From a virus: a DNA stretch of 64,000 nucleotides. Below, piece after piece: positions 26,747-36,486 of the stretch. A model generated the notes under the pieces. The model made no database searches, was not told the origin of the DNA, and was given only the letters and a program-made list of their open reading frames with translations. A program made the translations under genes and the position numbers. Each line of letters starts with the position of its first letter. The first letter of the stretch is position 1. Location of the stretch: the IMG/VR virus record IMGVR_UViG_3300047564_005433, positions 1-64,000 of that record, one strand, 5' to 3'.

Positions 26747-27450
26747 TGGCCAAGATTGATCCGCTGATGGATGGCATCAGCTTCGTGCGTCTCATTGATT
26801 GGATGGGAAGCTCGCTTGACATTGTTTGTGATGCCAGGCAAAGCTTTGATCAAAGCAGCAGCGAATGGTCCGAAAAGGATCAAAAGCTTCTTAACTATCT
26901 AGTGCAGCACAAACACACTAGTCCGTTTCGTGGCGTGGTCACAAAATGGCAAGTGAAAGCTCCGCTGTATGTTTGTAGGCAATGGTGGAAGCATGTTATT
27001 GGCGGGACGTTCGCTAATGACACGCTTGGCTGGAACGAGAAGAGCTTTCGCTATTGCGAAGCTGATGATGAGGCCTACTACATGCCTCGCGAATTCAGAC
27101 AGCAAAGCTCCAGCAACAAACAAGCCTCTAGTGGGCCTCTGGAGCCCAGTATGAACCAAGTGGCAATGATTGAATATGCCAAGGCTCTTGAGCAGGCAAA
27201 GCAAGCTTACAGGGCGCTGCTGACGCTAGGTGTGGCGAAGGAACAAGCCAGGGGCATTTTGCCAATGGCGACTTTTTCTACTTTTACATGGACCTGCAGT
27301 CTCCAGGCCCTCCTGCACTTTGTTTCATTGCGTGACAGCCCCGACAGTCAAGGGGAAATCCAAGCCTATGCTCAGGCCATGGTAGTATTGGCGCGTCCTC
27401 TTTTCAAAGAAGCATTCGAAGCATTTGAAAGCCATGGCAGCACCTTCTAA
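26743..27450 (+). CDS. thyX: FAD-dependent thymidylate synthase
   Basis: HTSPF, RQWWKH, NEKSFRY, EQARGILP, LRDSPDSQGEI. Confidence 0.92.
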   Translation: MMAKIDPLMDGISFVRLIDWMGSSLDIVCDARQSFDQSSSEWSEKDQKLLNYLVQHKHTSPFRGVVTKWQVKAPLYVCRQWWKHVIGGTFANDTLGWNEKSFRYCEADDEAYYMPREFRQQSSSNKQASSGPLEPSMNQVAMIEYAKALEQAKQAYRALLTLGVAKEQARGILPMATFSTFTWTCSLQALLHFVSLRDSPDSQGEIQAYAQAMVVLARPLFKEAFEAFESHGSTF

Positions 27451-27985
27451 AATTGTCAATCCCCGACCTTGGGCAGTGCCATTCCCGCGTGCATTCAATG
27501 CCGGAGAAGGCACTCTTTACGAACGCTTTTCTTCGTATGTTTACAGGAAGAAAGACCATGAATGCTGGCCTTGGGTGGGCGCCATCACCCATGCGACTGG
27601 ATACGGGCAAATTACTGAATGGCGAGACAACAAGCGCGTAAGTCGGAGGGCACATCGCTTGGCATGGGAATTTTGCTTTGGCCCAATACCAGGCGAACTA
27701 CTTGTTCGGCACATGTGTCACAATCGAGCCTGCTGCAATCCAACACATCTTCTTCTCGGTACAGCTAAAGATAATTTCGATGACAAAATCAGGGCAAAAC
27801 GCGAAGGTAATTCGGTGATGCTTAAAGGCGAAGACAATGTAAACTCTAAGCTTACGGAGGCAGAGGTAATGGAGATTCGGGCGACCAACGGCAAAACAGT
27901 TCGCCAAATGGCGAAAGAATATGGTGTAAGCAAAACTTTGATTAGCGCAGTTCGCTGCAATAAGGCTTGGAAATCCTTCATCTAA
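27425..27985 (+). CDS. HNH homing endonuclease
   Basis: CWPW, AHRLAW, VRHMCHNRACCNPTHL..GT..DN; C-terminal HTH. Confidence 0.85.
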   Translation: MKAMAAPSKIVNPRPWAVPFPRAFNAGEGTLYERFSSYVYRKKDHECWPWVGAITHATGYGQITEWRDNKRVSRRAHRLAWEFCFGPIPGELLVRHMCHNRACCNPTHLLLGTAKDNFDDKIRAKREGNSVMLKGEDNVNSKLTEAEVMEIRATNGKTVRQMAKEYGVSKTLISAVRCNKAWKSFI

Positions 27986-28002
27986 CTAAAACCATTTTAA
28001 TT

Positions 28003-28350
28003 ATGACTGACGCTGTGAATCATCCCCGTCATTACGCTAAAAATGGCGGCATTGAATGTATTGAGGCCATTGAAGCTTCAATGGACAAAGACGATTTCCG
28101 TGGCTTCCTCAAAGGGAACATTCAAAAATATGTTTGGCGTTATGAAGAAAAAAATGGCCTAGAAGATTTGAAGAAGGCCAGTTGGTATCTTGATCTTCTC
28201 ATCTTCAATATAGAAAGCGAGCCGCAACAAGAAGCCGTTGAAGCCCTTGAGAATGCTTCTATGGAATGCAAAGATGGATTCTGTCCAATGCCTGGAATTC
28301 GCTATGACCTTCCTGGAAAGCAAATCACTTTTGCCCCAGTAGAAGGCTAA
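28003..28350 (+). CDS. DUF3310-family protein
   Basis: [37 protein letters not shown]. Confidence 0.85.
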   Translation: MTDAVNHPRHYAKNGGIECIEAIEASMDKDDFRGFLKGNIQKYVWRYEEKNGLEDLKKASWYLDLLIFNIESEPQQEAVEALENASMECKDGFCPMPGIRYDLPGKQITFAPVEG

Positions 28351-28829
28351 GCAGCACTACAACAAAGCCCCCACAAGGGGGCTTTTTCATGCTCAATTTT
28401 TTGGTGCATCGGCAGGACAATCCCTTTCTTTTCGCACCACTCCTCAAGATGCTTTTGGTCAGTGTGAGCGCTAACAAAGCTATTGCAATACACCCACGCC
28501 ATCACAATTTCCTCTCGTTGCTCCGTCCAAAAAGGTTGCACTCGCCACCATTCAAGCATCGGCAAGTCTCCCTTCTTGAGATTACAGCTCTTACATGCCG
28601 GAAGCATGTTCCAGCGCGAGAAGTGTGGGCCGCCTTTGCTCTTGGGAACAATGTGATCAATCGTAAGCTTTTCTCCCCATTCTCCGCAATAAGCGCAAGC
28701 GCATTGCCCAAATGGTCCCCTCAAAAAATAGTCTTCAAAAATACTCTTACGGAATCTACGTTTTGCATCACCAGGGCGAAGTTCAATGAGAGAATAAAGC
28801 AGCTCATCAGGACCATTCGCTCTAAGCAT
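28347..28829 (-). CDS. HNH endonuclease
   Basis: [31 protein letters not shown]. Confidence 0.85.
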   Translation of the reverse strand: MLRANGPDELLYSLIELRPGDAKRRFRKSIFEDYFLRGPFGQCACAYCGEWGEKLTIDHIVPKSKGGPHFSRWNMLPACKSCNLKKGDLPMLEWWRVQPFWTEQREEIVMAWVYCNSFVSAHTDQKHLEEWCEKKGIVLPMHQKIEHEKAPLWGLCCSAA

Positions 28830-28906
28830 GGCACTATTTAGTTGTCTTGCCCATAGTTTAACGCTAAATAATGCCCCATGAATTTCGTCTAGAATTAGAG
28901 CATTGA

Positions 28907-29125
28907 TTGTCGGCTATGGACAGTTTCAAGGACGGCCTTGCAAATTTCGTAGCCACCATCACGGCTGGCATGTTGCTTTCAACGGGCGCCATGCTTATAG
29001 CCGTAGGCACTCAACAAGCAAGAGTGGCAGTACAAATTGAAACCGTCACAGAGAAGCTTTCTACGCTCACAGACAAGATGAGCGAAATGGAAGCAAGAGT
29101 ACGAAACCTAGAGATTGAACGCTAG
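28907..29125 (+). CDS. Membrane-anchored coiled-coil protein (lysis module)
   Basis: One TM segment plus coiled coil; upstream of the endolysin. Confidence 0.55.
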   Translation: MSAMDSFKDGLANFVATITAGMLLSTGAMLIAVGTQQARVAVQIETVTEKLSTLTDKMSEMEARVRNLEIER

Positions 29126-29155
29126 GCTATTTATATTCCCGTTGCATCTCTCGTC

Positions 29156-29299
29156 ATGAGCGGCATTGAATGGTTCGTGATTGGTGGCATCATTGTTGCT
29201 GCTGTTGACCAAATCATCGAACGCACTCCCTACAAGGAAAACAATATCATCCAGCTTCTGCTGACTGGCCTCAAAGCAGTCTTCCGCGTGAAGGGCTAA
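29156..29299 (+). CDS. Putative holin
   Basis: 47 aa, MSGIEWFVIGGIIVAAVDQ...; immediately before the endolysin; translated by hand. Confidence 0.55.
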   Translation: MSGIEWFVIGGIIVAAVDQIIERTPYKENNIIQLLLTGLKAVFRVKG

Positions 29300-29303
29300 A
29301 GCC

Positions 29304-30248
29304 ATGTGGCCTTCAAATCGGGCTTTCTGGGACGAATGCTTCCAGACAGCCCGTAAATATGGTGCTCGCTATCCTGAGCTTGTGGCAGCACAATGCTGCC
29401 TAGAGAGTGGCTTTGGTAAGCACACGTCTGGTAAGCATAACTACATCGGCGCCAAAGGCGAAGGCACTACTACCACCACTCAAGAATTTTACGATGGTCA
29501 GTGGGTGACTATCAAAGCTGGTTTTATTGATTTTCCTAGCCTTGCTGCTTGCATTGAATACTTAGTTACGCGCTGGTATAAAGACTATCGTCAATTCAAG
29601 GGCATTAATCATGCTCCCAATCGTTACGCTGCGGCACGAATGCTCAAGGAGCAAAGCTATGCCACTGATCCGGCGTATCCAGCAAAATTGTCTAAGCTCA
29701 TGAAGGAATATGCTCCTGAGAGCACTGCTGTTACTATGATCGGCCCCAAGAAACGTCCGCAAGATTTTGGCTTCAAGAAAGGCGATTCGCATTTGATTGT
29801 GAATGATGCCGTTGAGACCATGAAAGCTTTCTCTTTTGAAGGGAAGCTTCTATGGGAAATCCCTTGTCTTGCTCGCGGACAATACAGTGATTTTGAATGG
29901 AAGATTAAAAATTCTGACTGTCCTCCTGGTCTGTACAAGATCGGCGCCATCTACAAAGACTACGAGCGAGTGGGTGATAAGCCTGCCTATGATCGTACGC
30001 TCATGGCTTACGGCTGGTATAGCTTTGACATGGTGGAACTAGAGAATCAGGAAGCTAAATATGGCCGTGCAGGAATTATGGTCCACGGTGGATCCAGCGC
30101 CCTTGGATGGCCTGGAGCTTGGGCGCCAAACCAAGCGCTTATGCCAACTCACGGCTGTTGTCGCTGTAAAAATATTGATCTTCGCGATAAAATTTTGCCT
30201 CTCACTAAAACTGGCACAGTATATATTTCAGTTTTTCAGGAAGGCTGA
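29304..30248 (+). CDS. Endolysin: GH73 glucosaminidase + L,D-transpeptidase-like domain
   Basis: AQCCLESGFG, NYIGAKG, YATDPAY; C-terminal IMVHGG..PTHGCCR. Confidence 0.85.
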   Translation: MWPSNRAFWDECFQTARKYGARYPELVAAQCCLESGFGKHTSGKHNYIGAKGEGTTTTTQEFYDGQWVTIKAGFIDFPSLAACIEYLVTRWYKDYRQFKGINHAPNRYAAARMLKEQSYATDPAYPAKLSKLMKEYAPESTAVTMIGPKKRPQDFGFKKGDSHLIVNDAVETMKAFSFEGKLLWEIPCLARGQYSDFEWKIKNSDCPPGLYKIGAIYKDYERVGDKPAYDRTLMAYGWYSFDMVELENQEAKYGRAGIMVHGGSSALGWPGAWAPNQALMPTHGCCRCKNIDLRDKILPLTKTGTVYISVFQEG

Positions 30249-30652
30249 TGAATTGGCAGTCTTGGTTTAATGCTCTTTGCTACGAACTAGGCTTATGGGC
30301 CGCCTCAAAGCGGCCTTCTCTTGCTCTTCAGCCATGGTTCAAGCAATTAATGGCTTGGTGCAGGCCTGACTGGGCAGAGTGGAAAACCAAAGGCGTCATG
30401 CAGAAAGTTGACCAGCAAGCAAAAACGCTGGTTAAACAATGGGAAGAAGAGGAACGAGAATCAAAAGCAAATGCCCTTGCATGGGAAGCCCACAAGCTTT
30501 TTCCTGGTGCCATCGTCACGCCCCTTCCAGATGCCATTGTTCCATCAGTGCTCATTGAAACAGCCCCACCAGCGAACGCTAGTGAGGCCGTGAAAGCCCT
30601 TGGCGGTGAGCTAAGAATCACCTATCGCTTGCCAGACCAAGGAGAGTCCTGA
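30248..30652 (+). CDS. Hypothetical protein
   Basis: Coupled to the endolysin. Confidence 0.55.
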   Translation: MNWQSWFNALCYELGLWAASKRPSLALQPWFKQLMAWCRPDWAEWKTKGVMQKVDQQAKTLVKQWEEEERESKANALAWEAHKLFPGAIVTPLPDAIVPSVLIETAPPANASEAVKALGGELRITYRLPDQGES

Positions 30653-30856
30653 GGCGCTTCCATTTAGCAAGCTCCTTCTCGTGATAATCCTCCCACGAAG
30701 CGATGGTTTCGCTAAGAGCCTTGCAGGCCATAGCCGGATCATCGTCCGTTAGCAGCTCTGCAAGAATGTCGGAGAGACCCTCGGTCTGCTGCTTGTACCA
30801 TTCGCCCTCTGCAACAAAAGGAAAGGCCATGGGAAGGGGCATATTGCCCCCATAGC

Positions 30857-32080
30857 TTAAGTGATTTCCACCCAGCCGATCATGCCAAGTGCTTTAGCGC
30901 TGACTGCACTATCGACGGTCAAGATGAGAGTGTCGCTTTCGCCAGAAGCATTTTGCCCTAGGGCAAGACGAATGGCCACTGCAATGTCGTAATTATTCGC
31001 ACTGCCTTGACTGACAAAACCTGCGTCAACCACTGTGCCGCCTGTGGCAGTACCACTAGTTGTCACTTCCACATTGCCCCTTTGATTGTCCGCAGCACTC
31101 CAAGTGACGTCACTCAGTGTTGGATTTAAACGCAAACGCCACAACACCACATCACTAGAAGCAGTGGCAGTAGAAATTCTTACGGGGAGAATAACATTAC
31201 CAGTGCGACCACTTGCCATGCGAATACCAGCGGTGATGCGCTCCCCAGATGTATTTGGAACAGTGCTTAAATCGTGATTCACTGAATACACGGCGCCATC
31301 TGGCTCATATCCCCCCTCGCTAAGAATGCTGCTACAAATTTGCTTCATGGTGCGTCCTGAAGCTTGAGCGGAAGCATTGTGAATGCGATAGGACAATGGC
31401 AAAATAGCCGTTGTCATATATGCGCTAGTCAGTGTGTTGTAGTGATTGAATTCATGGCAATAAATGATCTCGCCGTTAATTACAAAGCCAGTCCTCACTC
31501 GCCCCACGCCAAGCCATTCAAGATCGGCAGTGAAAATCTGAGCTTTAGAGAAGTCGAGCGAATCAAGAGTGTTAATGTTCCACGCTGATTGATCAACTAC
31601 GTTTTCAACAACTGCGCCAGACGTGAAGCTTCTGATGACCATTTGCAACGTAGTACCACTTGCCCTAATCATCACTCCATTCTGGTCATCAAAGAAGCCC
31701 ACTTCTTGAATGAGACCTGCTGTTGGAGTGGTGCCAGCGAAGCTTTGCATGATCATCATGCTTTTTCCTGGTTGGTACGGGAAGTATTGCTTAGTTCTAC
31801 GCAGCACTGTATCGCCAGACGCAGTGGTGGTCGTCAAAGCAGTGCTGCTTTCGTTTGTTAAATACGTGACCACGCCTCCATTGGACACGCGATCAAACCA
31901 TTGGTCAGCACGCTTGTTGTAACGCATCGTGCTATCAAAAAGCGTATAGGGAGCGCTCGTGCGAGCACGCCCAAAAGCATCAACTGCTCCACTATCAGGG
32001 CCTGTCTTTAAAATCTGCCCGCGATAATCAGATTGAATGTGAGTTTCAAACTGTTCGCCCCCAGCAATTATTTGTCCCAT
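30857..32080 (-). CDS. Putative virion structural protein (beta-sandwich/lectin-like)
   Basis: DAFGRAR, YQPGKS, EWLGVGRVR motifs; Thr/Ser-rich. Confidence 0.6.
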   Translation of the reverse strand: MGQIIAGGEQFETHIQSDYRGQILKTGPDSGAVDAFGRARTSAPYTLFDSTMRYNKRADQWFDRVSNGGVVTYLTNESSTALTTTTASGDTVLRRTKQYFPYQPGKSMMIMQSFAGTTPTAGLIQEVGFFDDQNGVMIRASGTTLQMVIRSFTSGAVVENVVDQSAWNINTLDSLDFSKAQIFTADLEWLGVGRVRTGFVINGEIIYCHEFNHYNTLTSAYMTTAILPLSYRIHNASAQASGRTMKQICSSILSEGGYEPDGAVYSVNHDLSTVPNTSGERITAGIRMASGRTGNVILPVRISTATASSDVVLWRLRLNPTLSDVTWSAADNQRGNVEVTTSGTATGGTVVDAGFVSQGSANNYDIAVAIRLALGQNASGESDTLILTVDSAVSAKALGMIGWVEIT

Positions 32081-32140
32081 GGAAAAGAATGCTTTCTTTC
32101 ATTGTACTAGCAAAAGAAAAGAGGCCTTTCGGCCTCTTGA

Positions 32141-32272
32141 TTATTTGCCTTGTCCTCGCGGAAGCTTTCGACCGTGCGAAGCTTTACTATTTGCTCCATT
32201 GCCTTGGCGCGTGCGCTTGCTTTTATTTGGCTGATGAAGCTTTTGCCCGTTAATGGTTTTGCTTGATGCCAT
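32141..32272 (-). CDS. Small basic protein ending RGQGK
   Basis: 43 aa, translated by hand; KRTRQG..RGQGK pattern seen in cyanophages. Confidence 0.6.
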   Translation of the reverse strand: MASSKTINGQKLHQPNKSKRTRQGNGANSKASHGRKLPRGQGK

Positions 32273-32583
32273 CAGGACCAGGGCACTCCAGTGCCATTAG
32301 TGGGAGTGCGCTGTTGAGAAATTTGCTCTGCGAGAGCGGCTTCAATTTCAGCCACTTTTTCGTCGCCAAACTTTTCCTTCACCCAACCAGTAACGATGTC
32401 CGGCGTAAGTTGCGCATAAGGAATTTCATCATCTTCGTCGGGAGCTTCAAGCCCAAGACTGCCATACGCCGAACTGGCATATGTGCCGTCATCAGCAGAA
32501 ATTGTATAATGAACCGTGTAGACGATTCCATCAGCAAGGTGGCGCTCAAGATTGGCGACGCCCCATTGGTAAGTGATTGCCAT
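32272..32583 (-). CDS. Tail-fibre-associated protein
   Basis: WGVANLER..IPYAQLT..GVPW; commonly found after tail fibres. Confidence 0.6.
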   Translation of the reverse strand: MAITYQWGVANLERHLADGIVYTVHYTISADDGTYASSAYGSLGLEAPDEDDEIPYAQLTPDIVTGWVKEKFGDEKVAEIEAALAEQISQQRTPTNGTGVPWS

Positions 32584-32649
32584 GATTAAAAAGAATGGTC
32601 TTTGTTAGTTTAACAATGGAAAAGAAGGCGGCTTCTTCGGGAAACCGCC

Positions 32650-33504
32650 TCAAAGCACTGGCATCTCGTATTCCTGCGTGCTATTGCAATAGTGCTTGAA
32701 AATCACTTCGCTTGTATTGCCTGCCCAGTTGGCCACTTGTGGCACGGGAATGCCAGCTTCAATCCAGCGGCTAATAGCAGTGTGGCGACAATCATACGGC
32801 CTATAAACATGGGAAATTAGCCCTGCTTCATGCAGAGGCGAAAGCTTTTTCCTGAAATAGCTCTGAAAGGCAAGCCGATTCCATGGAAAAATAAATTCGT
32901 TTTCGCGAGGAAGCTCAGCAAGGATTTCTTGGCAACGAGCATTGATAGGCACCCAACGGCGCTTGTTGGTTTTCGTGCTGTTCTTTAAACCATGAGTGAG
33001 TGTATAGTTTTGGTGTACCAAAAGCTTATTTTCCTTAATATCGTCCCACTTGGCTGCCCTCACTTCTCCAGTGCGCATTGCAGTTTGCAACATAAATTCC
33101 GTGTACCAAGACCAATTAACATCGCGATAAGTTAGCTTCGCTTCTAATGCGGCAAGGACTAGGCCAGTTTCATTTCGAGGGATGACAACGATTTCCTCCT
33201 CGCGTTGAGGAGCCTTTGGCATTTTGAAGCTTGCCAATGGATTGCGAGCAACGATTGCCACGTCTTCTTGCGCCGCCCATTTGTACATAGTCTTGATGTA
33301 CATAGCAACGCGCCTTGAAGTGAGCACTGGCTTCTCTCCTAAAGCCCAAATCATTAATTTTCGTGCCTCGTTAATGTCTTGAATGGGGCAGCGAGCAAGC
33401 CATTTACCCACCTGCTTGTAGTCTGAAGTGAGACTGGTTGGACATAAAGAAATGGAGCGCTCTTCGACGAAGGCGCTCCAGAGGCTTGAGACAGTGGTGG
33501 TCAT
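32650..33504 (-). CDS. Tyrosine recombinase without arm-binding domain
   Basis: TAMRTGE (R), STKT (K), PYDCRHT, WAGN, KHY (Y); 284 aa. Confidence 0.9.
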   Translation of the reverse strand: MTTTVSSLWSAFVEERSISLCPTSLTSDYKQVGKWLARCPIQDINEARKLMIWALGEKPVLTSRRVAMYIKTMYKWAAQEDVAIVARNPLASFKMPKAPQREEEIVVIPRNETGLVLAALEAKLTYRDVNWSWYTEFMLQTAMRTGEVRAAKWDDIKENKLLVHQNYTLTHGLKNSTKTNKRRWVPINARCQEILAELPRENEFIFPWNRLAFQSYFRKKLSPLHEAGLISHVYRPYDCRHTAISRWIEAGIPVPQVANWAGNTSEVIFKHYCNSTQEYEMPVL

Positions 33505-33525
33505 GCTGGTCTTAAGAGGAGACTC

Positions 33526-33554
33526 AAGTTACCAGCTTTGCAAGGCCTTGTCAA
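33526..33554 (-). promoter_or_regulatory. Promoter of the recombinase
   Basis: TTGACA-N17-TAACTT on the minus strand. Confidence 0.6.
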
Positions 33555-33575
33555 GTCAAAGCCTTCTGGCTCTGG

Positions 33576-33839
33576 CTAAAGAATTGACAAGCCGCCCTTG
33601 TGATCCAGCCCCACTGTAAGAAAAACAGTGCGAGTCGTCTTAATGTCGCCCATGCTTTTCTTGAACTCTTCAGTTTCTTTTTCGGGATACTTTGGTTCGT
33701 ACTGCATGGTTTCCGGGTTCAAACGATTGCACTCGGCATCACCAAGGTGGTAGGTGTTGAGTGCTGCTTGTGCTTCTTTGATCTGCTCAGAGTCAAGACA
33801 AAACGACACTGGCACCTTAAAGGTTGCAATTAAATTCAT
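33576..33839 (-). CDS. Hypothetical protein between tail fibre and recombinase
   Basis: 87-aa ORF. Confidence 0.55.
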   Translation of the reverse strand: MNLIATFKVPVSFCLDSEQIKEAQAALNTYHLGDAECNRLNPETMQYEPKYPEKETEEFKKSMGDIKTTRTVFLTVGLDHKGGLSIL

Positions 33840-33966
33840 GGTTACTAGAGCAAGTGTCTTGCCACCTATAATAAGGTTTCACCCAGTGGCGTTACGATGC
33901 CGCTGCGCCCTCAGGCTTAGGTCTGGGGGCAATTTAATGCCTTGCCAGACCCAGAGGAGAAGGGGA

Positions 33967-36414
33967 CTAGGCGCTTTCGAAAACAGCAACTTTGGCCTGC
34001 AGCTCAGCAATCATTGCTTGCTGCTCCTGAATCGCCTTGATGCACAGCGACACCATGTTTCCGTAGGCAAGGGCATCTGGCGTACCATCATCCGCGTATT
34101 GGACAAACTCTTGCAAGCCAGCGGCATCCACTTCTTCAGCAATCAAGCCACCATAAACAGTATTGCCGTCAGATGCCGATTTTCCCTGATATGTAACTGC
34201 CCTCAACGCCATCAGCTCTTGTAGGCCGTATGGTGCGTCTTGAACGTTCTTCTTGTACTTCAAGGATGAAGTGCTTCTTTGAAGCTCACCTCCTGATGTG
34301 ACAAATAAGTTTGCCGCGCTAGCGGTTGTGTTGTTATAGGGAGAAAGTGTATCAGTTCCAGTCAGTATTACGCCATCGTTTCGGATAGTGAAGTGGACAA
34401 TGTCACCGCTTTCTGTAACCTCAAGAGAGTAAGCGCTTGAATCAGACGTCGAACCTTTAATCGTTGTTTTGCCGTTACTCGCAATCCTCATCCGCTCCGT
34501 CGGAGAACTCGCCCCATCCGCAGTAGTGGAGAACACTAATCTGCCTGGCATGTCGTTAGCGCCAGGGGTGCCGTCTACTTGGCATTGAATCACCGCAGCT
34601 TGCTTAAATCCTGTTCCATCGTTTCCTTCAATGGAAATATCCATCAATAAATCGTTATTACTGACGATGGTATTGCCACCGACAGAAGCATTTCTGCTCT
34701 TTTGAAAAACCAGGCCCGCGCCAGAAGTTGAATCAACAAAAGTAGCAAAATGTCCGACGCCATACGAACCGGCTACCTGCAAGTTTGCCAAATTGGACCA
34801 GTAGGGGCCGCTAAGCGCACTAGACGTACCAACCAAGAGCTGCCCCGAGTTTGAGATTCGGACTTTCTCGCTTGAATTGTTTGTGTACCAGATGTGTTCG
34901 CCTACATATCCTTGCGTCGCCGATCCAGTGATCTTGTATGCGTTTTGACCCGTATTAAAGGCGTCACTTCCTCTTGCTACTCCAAAGTCTCCATTGATAG
35001 AACTTACACTCCAGTTTTTGTAGTCCGTTGCAGCGTTCGTATCGGTAAGCCACAACAGACCGCCGTTGTTTGGAAAAGCATTTGCAGATGAACCTGCAAG
35101 CCGCAATACGCCTCTAGCGTCAGTAGTGCCAATCCCTACGTTGCCTGCGGAGTTGATTACCAACAAAGGTGTTGTGAACGTTGTCCCCCCTACAGCGGTA
35201 GATGGCGTGATCTCAAGTGCATTATCTACATTTTGTTGAGCGCCTATTTTCCAGTTATATTTTGTGCCTGTTCCATAAAAGATAGCCGCACCAGTATCGC
35301 CAGCATCATTTGATCCAATACTTACAACTGTTGCGCCGCCAGCAACGTGTAACTTTGAGCCAGGCGAACTAGTCCCCACGCCTACGAACCCTGCCGAGGT
35401 GATGCGCAGGCGTTCGGCGACTGTGCCCGCACCCGTGCGTGTCCGGAAATAAATAAAATCGCTGTTGAGTTCAAGAGGCGCGTAATCGCCTTGGTCGTTA
35501 TTAAGAGCCGAGACAATTCCGCCACCTCCTGCACTTCTGGCTGTTACCGCAAGACAGTCACCGCCCGAAGAAGCTTTAACGGCAAATAGATTAGCCGTTG
35601 GGCTACCTTGAACTTCAAAAGCATTGATAGGGTTTGCGGCAGCCACACCCACTCGCCCATTCGCATCCACAAACAACCTGCCAGACCCACCAGTGCTGAT
35701 GGCTACTTGGTCTGCACCGGGGGAGTAGATGCCGGTGTTGGTGTCGCCAGTGAATGCAATGGAAGGTGCAGCAGCACTACCACCTGCAGCGCTAAAAATG
35801 CCAGTGGTTTGAACTGTCTGGCTGCCGAAATCAGGACTAATCTTGGTGCCAGCAATGGCGGCGCTTGAATTAATATCTGCGTTGACGATGGTATCATTTC
35901 TAATCATCGTACTGGTCACTGTTTCACTATCACCAGTAGTGACAACGGTGCCGCTTACATTTGGCAAAGTAATAGTACGATCCGCTGTGGGATTGACAAC
36001 AGTCAAAGTGGTCTCAAAACCATCATCTACACTGCCTTCAAAAATAAGATCGGCAGAAGGCCCCATGGTCAAGGAGCCAGTCATGGTGTCGCCAGTAGAA
36101 TTTACAAATTCACCAGCTTCACTGCGCCATGCAGCGCCGTCCCAAATCTTGAAGACATAAGTGCCGCCACTGGTATCAAGCCATTGCTCGCCAAGGCTAT
36201 TACCAGCAGTGCCACCACTTGCAGGGCTAACATTAGGAGCCGTTGCTCCCACATGCACAGGCCCCACTTTTACTAGACTTCCATTGCTGTCCTTGAAAAA
36301 CATTCCAGGACTACCACTTGCATAGTTAATGGCAACTTGCCCATCAACCATGGAAGCAGGATTAGGACGCTTGTTAAGCGTCGATGAACGCAGATGCTGA
36401 AGAACACCAGCCAT
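33967..36414 (-). CDS. Modular tail fibre with C-terminal peptidase S74 chaperone
   Basis: Repeated ERxRI..GxVG(I/V)GT modules; TSSLKYKKNV..GLIAEEV..Y..L.KAIQE. Confidence 0.88.
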   Translation of the reverse strand: MAGVLQHLRSSTLNKRPNPASMVDGQVAINYASGSPGMFFKDSNGSLVKVGPVHVGATAPNVSPASGGTAGNSLGEQWLDTSGGTYVFKIWDGAAWRSEAGEFVNSTGDTMTGSLTMGPSADLIFEGSVDDGFETTLTVVNPTADRTITLPNVSGTVVTTGDSETVTSTMIRNDTIVNADINSSAAIAGTKISPDFGSQTVQTTGIFSAAGGSAAAPSIAFTGDTNTGIYSPGADQVAISTGGSGRLFVDANGRVGVAAANPINAFEVQGSPTANLFAVKASSGGDCLAVTARSAGGGGIVSALNNDQGDYAPLELNSDFIYFRTRTGAGTVAERLRITSAGFVGVGTSSPGSKLHVAGGATVVSIGSNDAGDTGAAIFYGTGTKYNWKIGAQQNVDNALEITPSTAVGGTTFTTPLLVINSAGNVGIGTTDARGVLRLAGSSANAFPNNGGLLWLTDTNAATDYKNWSVSSINGDFGVARGSDAFNTGQNAYKITGSATQGYVGEHIWYTNNSSEKVRISNSGQLLVGTSSALSGPYWSNLANLQVAGSYGVGHFATFVDSTSGAGLVFQKSRNASVGGNTIVSNNDLLMDISIEGNDGTGFKQAAVIQCQVDGTPGANDMPGRLVFSTTADGASSPTERMRIASNGKTTIKGSTSDSSAYSLEVTESGDIVHFTIRNDGVILTGTDTLSPYNNTTASAANLFVTSGGELQRSTSSLKYKKNVQDAPYGLQELMALRAVTYQGKSASDGNTVYGGLIAEEVDAAGLQEFVQYADDGTPDALAYGNMVSLCIKAIQEQQAMIAELQAKVAVFESA

Positions 36415-36486
36415 GATTAAAGCCTTTCGGAATTACAGGAGACTAATTAGTCTTTTGCAATTCTAAAAGGCTTTCTTTTCTAGTGA

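Noticed and set aside
27425-27985. Group I intron or target duplication around the thyX-linked HNH
   Set aside because: thyX is intact and no flanking repeat or intron core was seen; treated as a free-standing HNH
33967-36414. Diversity-generating retroelement or classic invertible tail-fibre segment
   Set aside because: No reverse transcriptase, no TR/VR pair and no inverted alternative fibre ends in the window
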